A stretch of 64,000 nt of DNA from Octopus sinensis (taxonomy: Eukaryota), in contig NC_043008.1 in assembly GCF_006345805.1 (NCBI RefSeq), forward strand, positions 34,720,001 through 34,784,000. Direction: 5' to 3'. This document shows, in pieces, positions 1 through 14,022 of the stretch (within the stretch, counting starts at the first letter, position 1; each line of letters starts with the position of its first letter). Below the pieces are notes generated by a model that ran no database searches, had not been told where the DNA came from, and was given only the letters and a program-made list of their open reading frames with translations. Both the position numbers and the translations under genes were made by a program.

Positions 1-191
1 CTGCAAAGACATCACAAAGAATAACAAAAAAATTGCTACTCAGATTTTCTCATTCCCATTCGCCAGACAGAGTCTCATGTTCCCCTTTGTTGGGCAGAGT
101 TTCACGCTCCTGTTCATTCAACAAATAGGAACGGGAAACTTTGAGTAGTAGTTTTTTGTGATGTTTCTGCAGCTTTAATAATAAAGTATCT

Positions 192-203
192 ATATGTATA
201 TAT

Positions 204-237
<34 letters not shown>

Positions 238-243
238 ATATAT

Positions 244-300
<57 letters not shown>
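192..300. repeat. (TA)n microsatellite
   Basis: Direct reading. Confidence 0.95.
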
Positions 301-705
301 GGCGCAGGAGTGGCTGTGTGGTAAGTAGCTTGTTTACCAACCACATGGTTCCGGGTTCAGTCCCACTGCGTGGCACCTTGGGCAAGTGTCTTCTGCTATA
401 GCCTCGGGCCGACCAAAGCCTTGTGAGTGGATTTGGTAGACGGAAACTGAAAGAAGCCCGTCGTATATATGTATATATATATATGCGTGTGTGTGTTTGT
501 GTGTCTGTGATTGTCTCCTTAGCATTGCTTGACAACCGATGCTGGTGTGTTTATGTCCCCGTTTCTTAGTGGTTCGGCAAAAGAGACCGATAGAATAAGT
601 ACTGGACTTACAAAAGAATAAGTCCTGGGGTCGAGTTGCTCGATTTAAGGCGGTGCTCCAGCATGGCCGCAGTCAAATGACTGAAACAAGTAAAAGAAAG
701 AAAGA
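301..705 (+). mobile_element. tRNA-derived SINE, family A (also ~11470-11890, 13740-14170 minus, 17590-17996 minus, 42040-42450 minus, 43630-43985 minus)
   Basis: Head ggcgcaggagtggctgtgtggtaag...gggttcagtccc (A/B-box-like), internal (TA)n/(TG)n, shared tail tgactgaaacaagtaaaag. Many near-identical copies in the window. Confidence 0.85.
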
Positions 706-1365
706 AAAAGAGAAAAGAGAGATATATACATCATCGGTTATGATAACAAGGGTTCCAGTTGATCCGATCAATGGAACAGCCTGCTCAAGAAATTAACATG
801 CAAGTGGCTGAGCACTCCACAGATATGTGTACCCTCAATATAATTCTTGGGGAAATTCAGCATGAAACAGAGTGTGACAAGGCTGACCCTTTGAAATACA
901 GGTACAACAGAAACAAGAAGAAATTTTGAGAGAAAGTTATGGTGAAAGAGTGCAGCAGGGTTCACCACCACCCACAGCCGGACCCTCATGAAGATTTAGA
1001 TTTTTTTGCTCAATAAACACTCACAATTCCCAATCCAGGAATCAAAACTGCAATCCTATGTCCACAAATCTGCTGCCCAAACCACTTGGCAATTGCGCCT
1101 AAATATATATATATATAACATTAGGGAATATTATTCCAAACTTACAGGGAAAAATTCAATTTAGTAATACTAAATCAAATTTCACAAAATATAATATATG
1201 TATATAAATTAGAAAAAAAATACCTTTTATCAATTCAACAATGAAATAATTAAATTATACCATATAGAAAAAAATTAAATATAAGATAAAAATATATACC
1301 AATGATTAAGTAATGTACAAAATAATAAATAAAAAGTATATAATTGGTAAAAGGACGTATATATA

Positions 1366-1680
1366 TCATCATCATCATCATCATCATCATCGTTTAACGT
1401 CCGTTTTCCGCGCTAGCACGGGTTGGACGGTTTCGACCGGGGTCTGGGGAGCCAGGGCTGCCCCAGGCTCCAGTCTGGTCTGGCAGTGTTTCTACAGCTG
1501 GATGCCCTTCCTAACGCCAACCACTCCGCGAGTGTAGTGGGTGCTTTTTACGTGCCACCTGCACAGGTGCCAGAGGGGTCTGGCATCGGCCACGGTCAGT
1601 TGGTGCTTTTTATGTGCCACCTGCACAGAAGCCAGTCGGGGCGGTGCTGGCATCGGCCACGTTCGGATGGTGCTTTTTAT
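1366..1680. mobile_element. (CAT)n-tailed interspersed repeat, family B (also ~5090-5390, 9290-9765, 10305-10640, 20785-21150, 44020-44470, 61200-61470, 61975-62130)
   Basis: Shared catcatcgtttaacgtcc...catgggttggacg...gatgcccttcctaacgccaaccac block with internal gtgcttttacgtgccacc sub-repeats. Confidence 0.8.
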
Positions 1681-2444
1681 GTGGGGGGGAGGGTGCAGAA
1701 ATATAGGGGAGCACCAGTGGGGAGGGGTGTTCGGAGAAACGATGACAGGTTCTAGACAAGTAGAACGTAGGGTATCACGAGAGGGGTAATGCATGGTGAA
1801 ATAGCGTATTGAAGAGCGGGGTTCGAAGAGTAGACACCTATAATGGTGGTGGGAGAAGCGACATCCGGTATAGATGGAGCAAAAATATAGAGATATCCGG
1901 TATTGGTGGTGGGGGTGGACAAGGGCGGGTGCACCGGGAATATGCGAAGGTTGAACTTGACGGGCTGGCTTAAAAATGCTCTTAGCAATGGAAGGGGGGA
2001 AAGGAAGAGGGGGAGGGCATACAACGTAAAAGAGGGAGAGAGAGAGAGAGAAGGGAATAGTGGAACCCCGCAAAAATCGGCCGCCATTGAAAAAATCCTG
2101 TATGGAGAAACTCAAATATCTATTCTGTATTTAGCGAGACACGAGGCCGGAAAACCGATGGTCAACAATAACTAATAAATTATACAGAATATGCAATACG
2201 AGGCAAAATAATAATACTAATAAACAAGGGTCAAAGGGATAATACTAATACTAATAATAATAAACAGCTTAACCACTAGAGATCAGACAAATTTGCATGA
2301 GAATATTACTGGTACAGATTACGGAATGGATTAGATTAGAAAGATTTTCTTATCTTGGGAACATTTCGTTTTTCGTCCTGACACGACGAATATGCGAGGT
2401 TGAACTTGACGGGCTGGCTTGTGTGTGTGTGTATGTGTGTATAC

Positions 2445-2512
<68 letters not shown>

Positions 2513-2559
2513 ATGTATATAAAGAACATTAATACTCAGGAGAGTTATTAATGCTAGTG

Positions 2560-4030
2560 GTAAATTGTTAGAAAGGATCACAAAAGTGCAGTTCCCAAAA
2601 TTACTGCAGAGCTTAATGACTACCTCATGAACTCAGTTTCCACAAAAACTGTTTGCTGGGAGCTGCACAAAGCCAGATTTCATAGGTGGGCAGCAAATAG
2701 AAAACCACTACTTTCAAAAACAAATGGTGCAAAGTGTTTAGAGTGGAATAAAAACCTACAGAATTGGTCCCTAGAGCAGTAGAAGAATGTTATTTTCTTG
2801 GATGAGTCATCCTTTACCTTACTTCCGACCACCGGCCAAGTATACATGTGAAGACATCCAAAAGAGTATTTGACCCAGACTGCCTTCTTCCAATTGTTAA
2901 GCATGGAAGGCGGATCTGTGATAATCTGGTGGGGACTATATCTTGGAAACCCACCAGCCCAATGGTTTCCCTTCATAGCAGAATTAATAGTCAAGACTAT
3001 TTAAGCATTTTATCTGATCAAATTCATCCTATGGTTGTGGAACTGTTTCCAGAGGGCAATGCAATCTTTCAGGATGATAATGTACTATAGCGATTTAGCA
3101 ACCAAGTTTCTCTTATGTTATATATTATAGCGTATATTTTCTAGTTAGTTTGCTTACAGTTAATGCAACGCTACTTATTATGTTTCCTATTTGGAAATAG
3201 ATAAAATTATTTAGCTTTTAAAGTAGGGATATATAATGATAAAACCGTCACTTAAAACTTACTTAAGTGTTATCATTATATGCAGGTCCTAACTACAGCT
3301 ATATAAATGCCATAGAGAAATATACTTTCTGGAACGCTAACGAACATTAGCGGGCATGTATGTTAAATATATTTTCGTGTTCTTTTAACCACTATAAAAA
3401 AATACAGTTTAATAATTGCAGAAATACATTTTATATATAGTTGAAGAACATGAAGAAAGAGAAAATATTCTCTTAATTAATTTTTATTATATACATATAA
3501 CATTTTTATATTATATACATTTTGAAGAAAAGTAAATTTCGTCGTAGAGAATTATGACTATATATTTTAACTATCTAATTTCTCATTCTAGCTAATATTA
3601 AATCTCAACAATTCAAATAAAACTTGTTGGATTTTCCTTGGACATGGCATGAAAAATCATCAATGTCTCAAAGGAGTGAGTGTCGCAGTATTTAGTTACA
3701 TCCAACAAACACTGAAATTTTTCCCAAAATCCAGGGTTTTTATAACTGCTCAACTTGACTTTAAAGAATCGAAAATACATACAAATATTCTTTAACTAAT
3801 TCTTAGAATTCCTATATGAGCAGTTATATTAACCAATGGAAAAGCGACAATAATATTTCTTCGGCAATATGACATTATGTGAAATTGCCAGGTACCACAA
3901 ATTGGTGCACTTATTTAAAAATGGCTACTTGCTACAGTAACAATTCACACAGCTAAAGTTGTTACTGAATGGCACGAGGAACATTCTAGTGAAGTTGAAC
4001 ATCTTATCTGGTCACCACAGTCCCTAGTTT
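2560..4030 (+). mobile_element. Decayed Tc1-family transposase, split by an ~860-bp insertion (3083-3939)
   Basis: Pieces translate to VIFLDESSF, VKHGG.SV..WG and AIFQDDN (to 3082). The frame resumes at ~3941 with IHTAKVVTEW...HLIW.PQS; stops and frameshifts are present. Confidence 0.85.
3083..3939. mobile_element. Nested AT-rich insertion with imperfect terminal inverted repeats (tactatagc.../...gctacagta)
   Basis: Interrupts the Tc1 DDN-APIH motif exactly. The termini are approximate reverse complements, with TA at both ends. Confidence 0.5.
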
Positions 4031-4438
4031 TATTTAACTTGCTTTGCAGGAAGGATTGTTTTAATGAAGTCGTGTCTTGTCCCTACCTTCGAAACATGGA
4101 GTAGTTGAAACAGGGGACAACTGACGAAGGGAATGTTCTTTATGTTGCTTGTCTTGTTTCTCTATTTGTTTCTTTCATTGTTCGAAAAAATGTTCGTTTT
4201 CTATGTTTTTGTTTTTTATGTTCTCGTTTCTCATTTTGTCTACATGTTTTTGATGTCCTGTACCTATGTATGCATGTATATATACATATATATGTAGGTA
4301 CATACATATATGTATGTATATATGCATATATTTATATATTATCTATATTATATATACATATATATACATATATAAATATGGTGGATTCTCTCATCGAAGA
4401 CGATGAATTAGGGTTCAGTAAATAACTTTCAACAACTC

Positions 4439-4640
4439 CTAAACCTTGTGACACCGCATGTGTACTTTCAATCCAGTCTTGCACACTTTCTCACAAATGG
4501 TACACTTGCATGTATTCGTTGCTTCAAAATGTCTTCTCGAGTGGACAGCTAACCCAGCTTTGCTTTGTGCTTTGAACCCACAGTGACACACACAGTCATT
4601 GTTTGGTGGATTTTGCTGATGCGTTGCTTTCAAATTTGCA
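4439..4640 (-). mobile_element. 3' fragment of an RTE-like LINE with C2H2-like zinc fingers
   Basis: Minus translation CHCGFKAQSKAGLAVHSRRH...CTICEKVCKTGLKVHMRCH. Isolated, bordered by (TA)n, no splice context. Confidence 0.5.
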
Positions 4641-4648
4641 TGAAGGGT

Positions 4649-4685
<37 letters not shown>

Positions 4686-5420
4686 CATATATGATATATA
4701 TATATATACATACATATATGATATATATATATATATTGGGCAAGGGTCTTCTACTATAGCCACAGGCCAACCAATGCCTTGTGAGTTCATTTGGTAGATG
4801 GAAACTGAATGAAGTCCGTCAATTGTATGTATATATATATATGTATGTGTGTGTATATGTTTGTGTGTATGTGTTTGTCACCCCTCCCTCCCACTATCGC
4901 TTGACAACAGATGGTGGTGTGTTTACATCCCCATAACTTAGCAGTGCACCAAAAGAGAACGACAGAATAAGTACTAGGCTTACAAAGAATAAATTCTGGG
5001 GTCAATTTGTTCAACTAAAGGCGGTGCTCCGGCATGGCTGCAGTCAATTGACTGAAACAAGTGAAAGAGTAAAAGAGTTGGCACGTAAGCGAACTATCCG
5101 AATGTGGCCGTTGCCAGCCTCGCTTGGCCCCCATGCCGGTGGCACGTAAAAAACACCATCTGACCATGGCCGTTTGCCAGCCCCGTCTGGCACCTGTGCC
5201 AGTGGGACGTAAAAAGCACCCACTACACTCACAGAGTGGTTGGTGTCAGGAAGGCCATCCAGCCATAGAAACATTGCCAGGTCAGACTGGGCCTGGTGCA
5301 GCCTTCTGGCCTCCGAGACCCCAGTTGAACCGTCCAACCCATGCTAGCATGGAAAGCGGATGCTAAACGAAGATGATGATGATGATGATGATATATATAT
5401 ATATATACAGAACATATATA

Positions 5421-5487
<67 letters not shown>

Positions 5488-7734
5488 TATAGACAGAGAG
5501 AGAGAGAGAGAGAGATGTTCAACTATTACCCCCTTGCAATCTTTTTCTTTCATTTGCTCTCTTCTCAGAAATCTTACCCCATTGCACTTCTTGTTTGTTT
5601 GCCTTTTTTTCTCGCTCTAACCACCTCCCCTGTCATTATGAGACAATTATTAGCAGGAGAATGCGGCAACCATATCTTACTGCCCAACAGACACACCGAC
5701 GGACTGACTAACTGAAGACACAAATACCAAAACTATAGCAACTAGTGACCACTGCCACTTAAACAGCATTAATCATTGACAATAGTAACTTACATAGCAA
5801 AACTTCAGTTGCTTTTTAGCTTGACAACGCATATCCACCACCCTTCCACTCCCTTAACATCATTCACTCCCCTTGCAAATCTTTCACTTTTTCTCTCTCA
5901 CTGTCTTTCTTTCTATCGCCATCTATGTCAACCTCTGTCCTCTCTCTTTCTCTCAAACTCTGACTTCCATCCCTCTCTTACCTCAGTTGATCTCTTAACC
6001 TTCCTCTCTCTCTTTCTCCCTCTGTGTGTGTCTATACACACACATACTTATAGAGAGAGGGGGATAAAGAGAGAGAGAGGGGTTAAGAGATCATGTGTGT
6101 GTGTATGTGTGTTCCTTCTTCCCCTGTCTCTTCTCTTCTCTTTCACCTTTATTTCACATATTCTATCTTTCTTTCCCACACTTGATTTGGCAGAACCCTG
6201 TCACTCTCTTTCTTTCCTCCACTCTTTCCTTTCGCCTTGTCTCATAAATTCTTGCCATGCACATTAATTGAAAGAACTATAATTTTGTTTTTACTTTTTG
6301 AATTGTTTTGTATTGTCTCTTCCAAAACAAGTTGAAGTGGCCAGAATTTAATTGTGCTAAAATTATTCAAGATAGATATTTAAGACAAAAATTAGAAGAA
6401 GAAGGAGAAAGAATTTTTGTTTTCACCCACTAATAACATGTTATTCAAAAATAATGATGACACATTTTTGAGTGAACTGGTGGCCAACTTTCAAAAACTT
6501 GACGCTTACTACAAACTATCCTTCACGATAATTTCCAAAAACACAGGAACAAACTGGAAATCACTGCATGTAAGTTTTCAAACTTTTAACATAAGTCTTA
6601 ACCAAGTTTGTAAATATTGTCTTTAAGTTTGTTTCAATTTTACACATTCATTATAAACCTTATCTTTGCGGGTAGAGAGGGAGGTGTTGCCTTCTTGCAA
6701 ATATGAAAAGTTTGAGTATGTGTCTATACTGGTGCATGTGAGAAGGCTAGTGGTCGGGTTTTGTCTAGAAATTGGTCGAGAGGAAGCAACTGCCCAGAAT
6801 GCAGGATGGTTGGGGATCTTGGTATTACATGATTCTGTTTAGGTGGCATTTCCCACCCTACAGTGGGTATCTCTGTTTGCTTTTGTTATATATTTGTAAT
6901 GTTTTCCATATTTATATTGTGTTTTTACTCCTCCCATTATTATTGTATATGTAATGTACACTCCAACGCATTTTGATTATATGCGTGAGGGCTTCTGTAG
7001 CCAAAGAAGGAAGTATTGCCATAATGATGTTGTTTTTTTGGGGTTTTTTTGAGCTGGAAGGATCATTAGTACATCAGATAAAATGGTAAATAGCATCTCT
7101 TTTGGTTCTTTATGTTCTGCCGAGGTCAACTTTGCTTCTTATCCTTTTATAGTCAACAAAATAAGTATTTGGGTTGATTTTATCCAGTGGTTCTCAACTA
7201 TTTTTTGCCTATGGACATCTTCAGTTCCTCTTTTACTCTGGTGGACCCCCATAGCCAGTTACTGAATGAAAAGTTATACTGTATTTCTATAATTAAATAT
7301 TTTTAGGAATTGTATAAAAAAAAAAATTGAAATATTTTATGTATTGTAGAATTATAACCAATTTATTGAACATAAATAAAATATTTTATGAACCCCCAAG
7401 GGCCATATGAACCCCAGTTGAGAATCACTGATTTAATCAATTAATCATATCCTACTAAAATTGCTGGCCTTGCGCAAAAATTTGAAACAATTATTATTGT
7501 GATTGCTGTTATTGTTAGGGTAATTTGGCGGAATCATGAGAACATTGGACAAAATGCTGAGCAGTATTTTTTCAGGCTCTTTATGCCCAGGGTTCGTGGT
7601 CAACATTTACTTTCATCTCGCCCACCCCATTCCCAGGATTGATGAAATAAAATTCCAGTTAAGAATAGGGTTCAATTTAATCAACTAACACCCTACTCCA
7701 TAGAATTGCTAGTCGTGTGCCTTATTCAGAAACA

Positions 7735-7785
<51 letters not shown>

Positions 7786-7896
7786 TAGTTTTATTTTAAT
7801 AGCGTGCTTTCACTTCACTCTCTGTGTGCCTTGGGTATGTGCTGTGATTTGTTGTGGTGCTCTGATGGTTACTGTATTGATTATTATTATTATTAA

Positions 7897-7949
<53 letters not shown>

Positions 7950-7953
7950 ATTA

Positions 7954-7988
<35 letters not shown>

Positions 7989-8000
7989 CATTATTATTAT
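7735..8000. repeat. (ATT)n microsatellite cluster
   Basis: Direct reading. Confidence 0.95.
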
Positions 8001-11000
8001 AGTTGTCGTTAGGTTAGTAGATAGGCAGAATCATTTGAGTGTTGTCAAAATTCAACATGGTACTAATTTTGACTCTATGTTCTGGGTTCAAATCTTGCTG
8101 AGGTCACCTTTACTTTTCATCTGCCTGTGGTCAATAAAATAAAGTACCAGTCAAGAACTGAAGGTGATTTAATTGGCTACACCCACCCTCACTCTGGTCT
8201 TATGCCTAAATCAGAAATTATTGTTATTAAGGACAATAAATTAGTAGACTCATTAGCATAGAGGACAAAATTCTTTGCAATATTTCTTCCAGCTAAGACA
8301 GTGAACTGGCAGAAGCATCAGCATGCCAGGCAAACCGCTTAGCAGCATTTCAGTCATCTTTATGTTCTGAGTTCAAATTCTGCCAAGGTTGACTTTTGCC
8401 TTTCATCCTTTTGGGATCAATAAAATAAATACCAGTTGAACACTGGAGTTAATGTAATCGATTCATTCATTCTCCGAAATTGCTGGCCTTCAGCCAAAAC
8501 TTGAAACCAATATTTCTTCCAGTTCTTTACATTCTGGATTCAATTCCTACCAAGGTCAGCTTTACCTTTTATCCTTTCAGAGTTGATAGCATGAAGAACC
8601 AGTTAAGTATTAGGGTCAATGGTAGTGACTAATCCCCTCCTCCCAAAAATTGTTGGCCTTGTGCCTAAATTTGAAAAACAACTGTTATTATCATCATATT
8701 TTTGGCAGTTTTTAATGAGTTTCTTCTGCCTTTCCTAGTCATGGCACAAGGCCAGTCGTTTTAGGGGGAGAAGATAATTGCATCAACTCCAGCGCTTGAC
8801 AGTTACTTATTTTTATTGGTTTCAAATTTTGGCACAAGGCCAAGATTTTAGGGGAAGGGGTATATGTTGATTACATTGACCCCAGTGTTCATCTTAGTTA
8901 CCTATTTTATCAACCCTGAAAGAATGAGAGGCAAAGTCGACTTCAGCAAAATTTGGACTCAGAATCTAAAGATGGACAAAATGCTTCTAATGATTCTCCT
9001 AGCTCACCACATTAAAGTTGCCTATTTTATTGGCCCCCAAAAGGATGAAAGGCAAATTTGACCTTTGTGGGATTTGAAATATAGAACTGTGTTTGTGTTG
9101 CTTCAGTTTGGGTTTGGTGTAGGATTTGCTTTGTTATTTTTGGTGTTATTTTAGTGTCTTATATGTTGTGTGAGAACATGTGCAATGCAAGATATGTTAT
9201 TTTGTTGCTTGGTGTTTGTGTTTTGTATGTGCTGTATTGTTGTTAGTATTATGAATTTATTGGAGATCGAAATCGAAATCAAATTTGATGACTGGCATCC
9301 ATGCTAGTGGGGCACTAGGAGTACCATACAAGCGAGATTGTTGCCAGAGCAACAAGCTGGCCTCAGTGCCAATAGCACATAAAAAAAGGAAGAAAAAAAT
9401 CACCATTCAAGCGTGATCATTACCTGTGTCACCTTACTTGCACTTGTGCTGGTGGCACGTGAAAAAACATTCGAGCGAGGTCATTGCCAGTGCTGCTGGA
9501 CTGGCTCCTGTGCAGGTGGCACATAAAAAAATACCATTTGAGCATGGCCATTGCCAGTACTGCCTGACTGGTCCTCGTGCTGGTGGCACATAAAAGCACC
9601 CAATATACTCTCAGAGTGGTTGGCATAAAGAAGGGCATCCAGCTGTAGAAACTCTGCCAGATCAGATTGGAGCCTAGTGCAGCCATCTGGTTCGCCAGAC
9701 CTCAGTCAAATCATCCAACCCATGCTAGCATGGAAAGTGGACGTTAAACAATGATGATGATGATGGTACTAGAGTTTGGGTTATAATGTATTAATGGATA
9801 GTAACTGCATAAAATATGAATTATATGTCTTGTTGGTGTTACAATGTCATGTATTATGTAAGAGTTTGTCTTGTTTTATTTTATTAGGTGGTAAGTTATT
9901 ACAAAAAATGTGTGGTGTTATATTGTTTAGTAGTGCATGTATGTTGTATCAGTTGTGTTATATTATGGAGTGATAACAGCATAGAATATGAGCATTGTTG
10001 ATGTATTGTATGCCATGATGGACCGTGAAGTCTGGCGTAGCATGGTAAATTCCATTGTCTCGACCACGGTCGAACAATGATGATGATGATTCAGCCACTA
10101 GTTCAGCAATTTTGATGGGGTGATTGTGGTGGTAAGCCTATTACATCAATTCCGGTACTTGACTGGTGTTTATTGTATGAGCTCTGAAAGGATGAAAGGC
10201 ACAGATGAATTGAACTCAGAACATAAAGAGTTGGAAGAAATGCTGCCAAGAATTTTTGTCATGCAAATGATTCTGCCAGCTTGCCACCTTTTGTTCTACC
10301 AAAATCATCATCATCATCATCATCGTTTAACGTCTGCTTTTACATGCTGGTATGGGTTGGACGGTTTGACTGAGGGCTGGCGAGCCAGATGGCTGCACCA
10401 GGCTCCAATCTGATCTGGCAGAGTTTCTACAGCTGGATGCCCTTCCTAATGCCAACCACTCCAAGAGTGTATTGGGTGCTTTTACATGCCACTGGCACTA
10501 GGGCCAGTCAGGCAGTACTGGCAACGGCTATGCTCGAATGGTGTTTTATACGTGCCACCCACACGGGAGCCAGTCCAACGGCACTGTCAACGATCTCACT
10601 TGAATGTTGTTTTTCACATGTCACTGGCACAAGTGCCATCAAAATAATAATAGATATGACAATAATGTTGTCTAACATTAGCATAAAACATCACTTTCTT
10701 GAAATTAGGTTATAGCCAGTTATATAATTTGTGTGTATGTGTGAAAAAGCAAAAATCCCACCACCACCCTGAAAAAGAAGAAAATCAGTGCTCTTGAAAT
10801 AAAGTCCTTTACATTGTTTGTTCTGCACTGAGTTGCATAGACATTCCCTAGCCAATCCTGCTATCAGTAGTGTAGTAAAGCAAAGATTAGCTCATTGGAA
10901 ACTTTTAATCTTCAAAACCAATGTTCACTAACTGTGATATAAATAAATAAAATCTAATGTTCACGAAAATGTAAATATTTATCTTTCAATAGTTTGTTTG

Positions 11001-11616
11001 AGGATTCATTGTTAAAAAATCAGTAAACACATTTAAATTTCCTTCTATTGTATAACTTCTCGCTACTTAAGAGGAATTAACTTTGAATTACATTTAAAGC
11101 ACTTTCATACTAATATTCCTCTTGTAATTTTAATCTATTCATTCAATCAGTAACCGTTGCTTAGAAATAGTCTAGGTGTTATTGATACAAGAAGTAACCA
11201 AATTTGAAGTATGGTGTTAATCTTGTAGGTATTAGTGTCAGCAATAGAACTGACAAGAGTTGATAGTATAGAGATTTTAGGAATTCCATTCACAGGAGCT
11301 GGACTGTATAGTTGTGTTTATAGTAAAGTTGGTGCTTCAAGCATACTTGCTGCATTAGGCCAAGAAAATGCAATTAAAATTATGATTTTAATAACATGAA
11401 TAATAAATGTATAAATATCTAACTCTGGTAAAAAATAAATAAATAAAATGTTAATTTTTTTTTAAAAAAGCAGGTGTGATTAAGAAGCTTGCTTCCCAAC
11501 CTTATGGTCTTAGGTTCATTTTGGGTAAGTGTCTTCTACTATAGTCCTGGGGCAATCAAAGCTTTGTGAGTGGGTTTGGTAGATGAAAACTGAAAGAAGC
11601 CTGTCATATAAATATG

Positions 11617-11618
11617 CA

Positions 11619-11681
<63 letters not shown>

Positions 11682-11712
11682 TGTGTGTGTGTGTGTGTGA
11701 GTGTGTGTGTGT
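11617..11712. repeat. (GT)n microsatellite
   Basis: Direct reading. Confidence 0.95.
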
Positions 11713-12563
11713 TTCTCTCTCACCACCACCTGACAACCAGTATTGGTTCATTTCCATCCTTGTAACTTAGCACTTTAGCAAAAGAGGGTTGATAGAATAA
11801 GTACCAGTCTTAAAAATTAAATACTGGGGTTGATCTGTTTGCCTTAAAACTTTAAGACAGTGCTCCAGCATGGCCACAGTAAAAGATAAAAGATAAACAA
11901 ATTAGAACTAAATGAATATGGTGGGGATTTTGCTTCTGATATCCTGAATTAATTTGCTGAATTTCTGATATCCTGAATTAGTTTGCTTCTGATATCCTGA
12001 ATTAGAAGGATTTAGCTGGCAGAGCTGAGCCAACAAGGGATCATCTTCAGGGCTGTTTAACTTGCTAGAAGTAGCAACCAAATTATCTCATATGATGCTT
12101 AAAAAAGAAGAGCCTCTACAATAATGTGTACTAAAAGCTGGCATGGGCATGTTTTGGATAGCTTTGATCAGAGATTAGTTTAATCAGGGCTTACCTGGGA
12201 CCACATAGCAACAACTCGATAACAAATAGAAAGATTAAGGTAAAAAATTATTGAATCTTTCATGTATGTTATACATGTAAGAGAAATAGCGACATACATA
12301 AAATAAAATAGTCCCTCAGTCATAATAATAATGTTTCAAATTTTGGAACAAGGCCACAATTTTAGTGGAGATGGAGAGGCAAATTCATTATATCAATGCC
12401 AGTACCTGATTGGTATTTTATTTTATTGACCCTGAAAGGATGAATACAAAGTTGATCTCAGCGTTATTTGAACTCCTTATGTAAAGAGCTTGAAAAAATG
12501 TCTCTAAGCATTTTATTTGACATGTTAATGACTCTGCCAGTCCACTGCCTTAATAACAACAAC

Positions 12564-12632
<69 letters not shown>

Positions 12633-12634
<2 letters not shown>

Positions 12635-12967
12635 CTCAAACAATACCTGTTGTCATAGGTGCCCTGGGAATGATAGCAAAAGGGGCTGATTGCTACCTAG
12701 CTCAGATACCAGGAAACCCAAAAATGGCAGAAATTCAAAAGATAGTGCTCATGGGAACTGCTCATATCCTACGCAAAATACTTTCTATGTAATCTCAAAT
12801 TTCAAAAGAAACATAATTTTCTTATGGTTTCTTAAATATTCACTAGTACAACACAAATATATGGCACCCTAGGCATAACAACAACATGAACTTCCAACTT
12901 GTTGTCTCTTGAGGTCTCTGGGTGAGATTTGGAGCCAACTTGTACAAACGTAAAGCAAAAGTCAAAC

Positions 12968-13027
<60 letters not shown>

Positions 13028-13277
13028 TAATAATGCTCATGGGAACTGCCCGTATCGTATGTAAAATACTGTCTATATAATCTCAAATTTTAAAACGAAC
13101 TCATAATTATCCTTTGCTTTCTTAAACATTCTCTAGCACAACACTAAGTACAAAACCAAATATATGACACCCTAAGCATAACACCAACATGGACTTCTAA
13201 CTTGTTGTTTCTTGAGGTCTTTGGGTGAGACTTGGAGTCAACTTGTACAAATACAAAACAAAAATCAAACATATAAA

Positions 13278-13341
<64 letters not shown>

Positions 13342-13610
13342 GCGATAAGGAAGAAAGAAAAGTCAAGAGATATGACAGGTTAGTTTGGGAAGGTAGCAGT
13401 AGTACCAATAATTGTCGGGAACAGTGAGCAAAAATCTTGAGAAGTACGTGGAACAAATAGGGGTTGCAATAAGGGTGAAGCACTTGCAGAAAACAGCACT
13501 GCTTGGAATTGGTCGAATACTCCGGACGCTACTCGAAAAATAAGAGGTGTTACCTTAATTCACTGGTAGTGAACAGCTGACATCTCATGCTAGAAGCTGT
13601 GCAAAGGCAA
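12633..13610 (+). mobile_element. Three stacked 5'-truncated R4/Dong-clade non-LTR 3' ends (12633-12969, 13035-13277, 13339-13610) separated by (AAT)n
   Basis: Translations TIPVVIGALGMI...IQKIVLMGTAHILRKILSM* and VPII.G...LQKTALLGIGRILR* are typical R4-clade C-termini. Each piece is bounded by (AAT)n. Confidence 0.75.
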
Positions 13611-13983
13611 TAATAATAATAATAATAGTTTCAAATTTTGGCATGCGGCCACCATATATATATATATATAATATAAAGTGTTATATAAAATCTGACATAT
13701 AGAATTCTTTCATTCTTTATTTTTTCACTTGTTTTGGTCACTGGACTGTGGTGATATTGGAGTACAGCCTTGAAGCATTTTACTTGAGTGAATTGACCCT
13801 AGTACTTAGTTGGGTTTTTTTTTTTTAAGCGTGGTAATTATGCTATTGGTCTCTTGCCAAACCGCTAAGTTATGGGGACATAAATACACCAACACTGGAT
13901 GTCAAGTGGTGGTGGTGGGGACAAACACAGCTACAAAAACACACACACACATATAGTAATATATATATATGTGACAGGTTCTG

Positions 13984-14022
<39 letters not shown>

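Noticed and set aside
301-380. tRNA-like sequences with A/B boxes (also 23165, 49284, 59776)
   Set aside because: They continue into multi-copy SINE bodies and give no complete cloverleaf, so they are SINE heads rather than tRNA genes.
50-535. Numerous IY/YI, HT/VC, NNN, LLL and III-rich ORFs in the track (e.g. 50-535, 7706-8002, 12468-13086, 43198-43895)
   Set aside because: They are translations of microsatellites and SINE bodies, with no splice context or domain signal.
2354-2420. Direct repeat with 1939-1970 and a cgaaatgtt word suggesting another hammerhead/pseudo-LTR
   Set aside because: The core reads AGGACGA with no stem II. The region 1750-2420 is probably a repeat remnant, but I cannot classify it.
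4084-4135. Hammerhead-like words in permuted order (ccttcgaaac...ctgacgaagg)
   Set aside because: No cleavage triplet or convincing stem I/III could be built in this copy.
4439-4711. C2H2 zinc-finger gene (a family expanded in octopus)
   Set aside because: Only two irregular fingers, no TGEKP linkers and an ATG inside a (TA)n tract; better explained as a LINE C-terminus.
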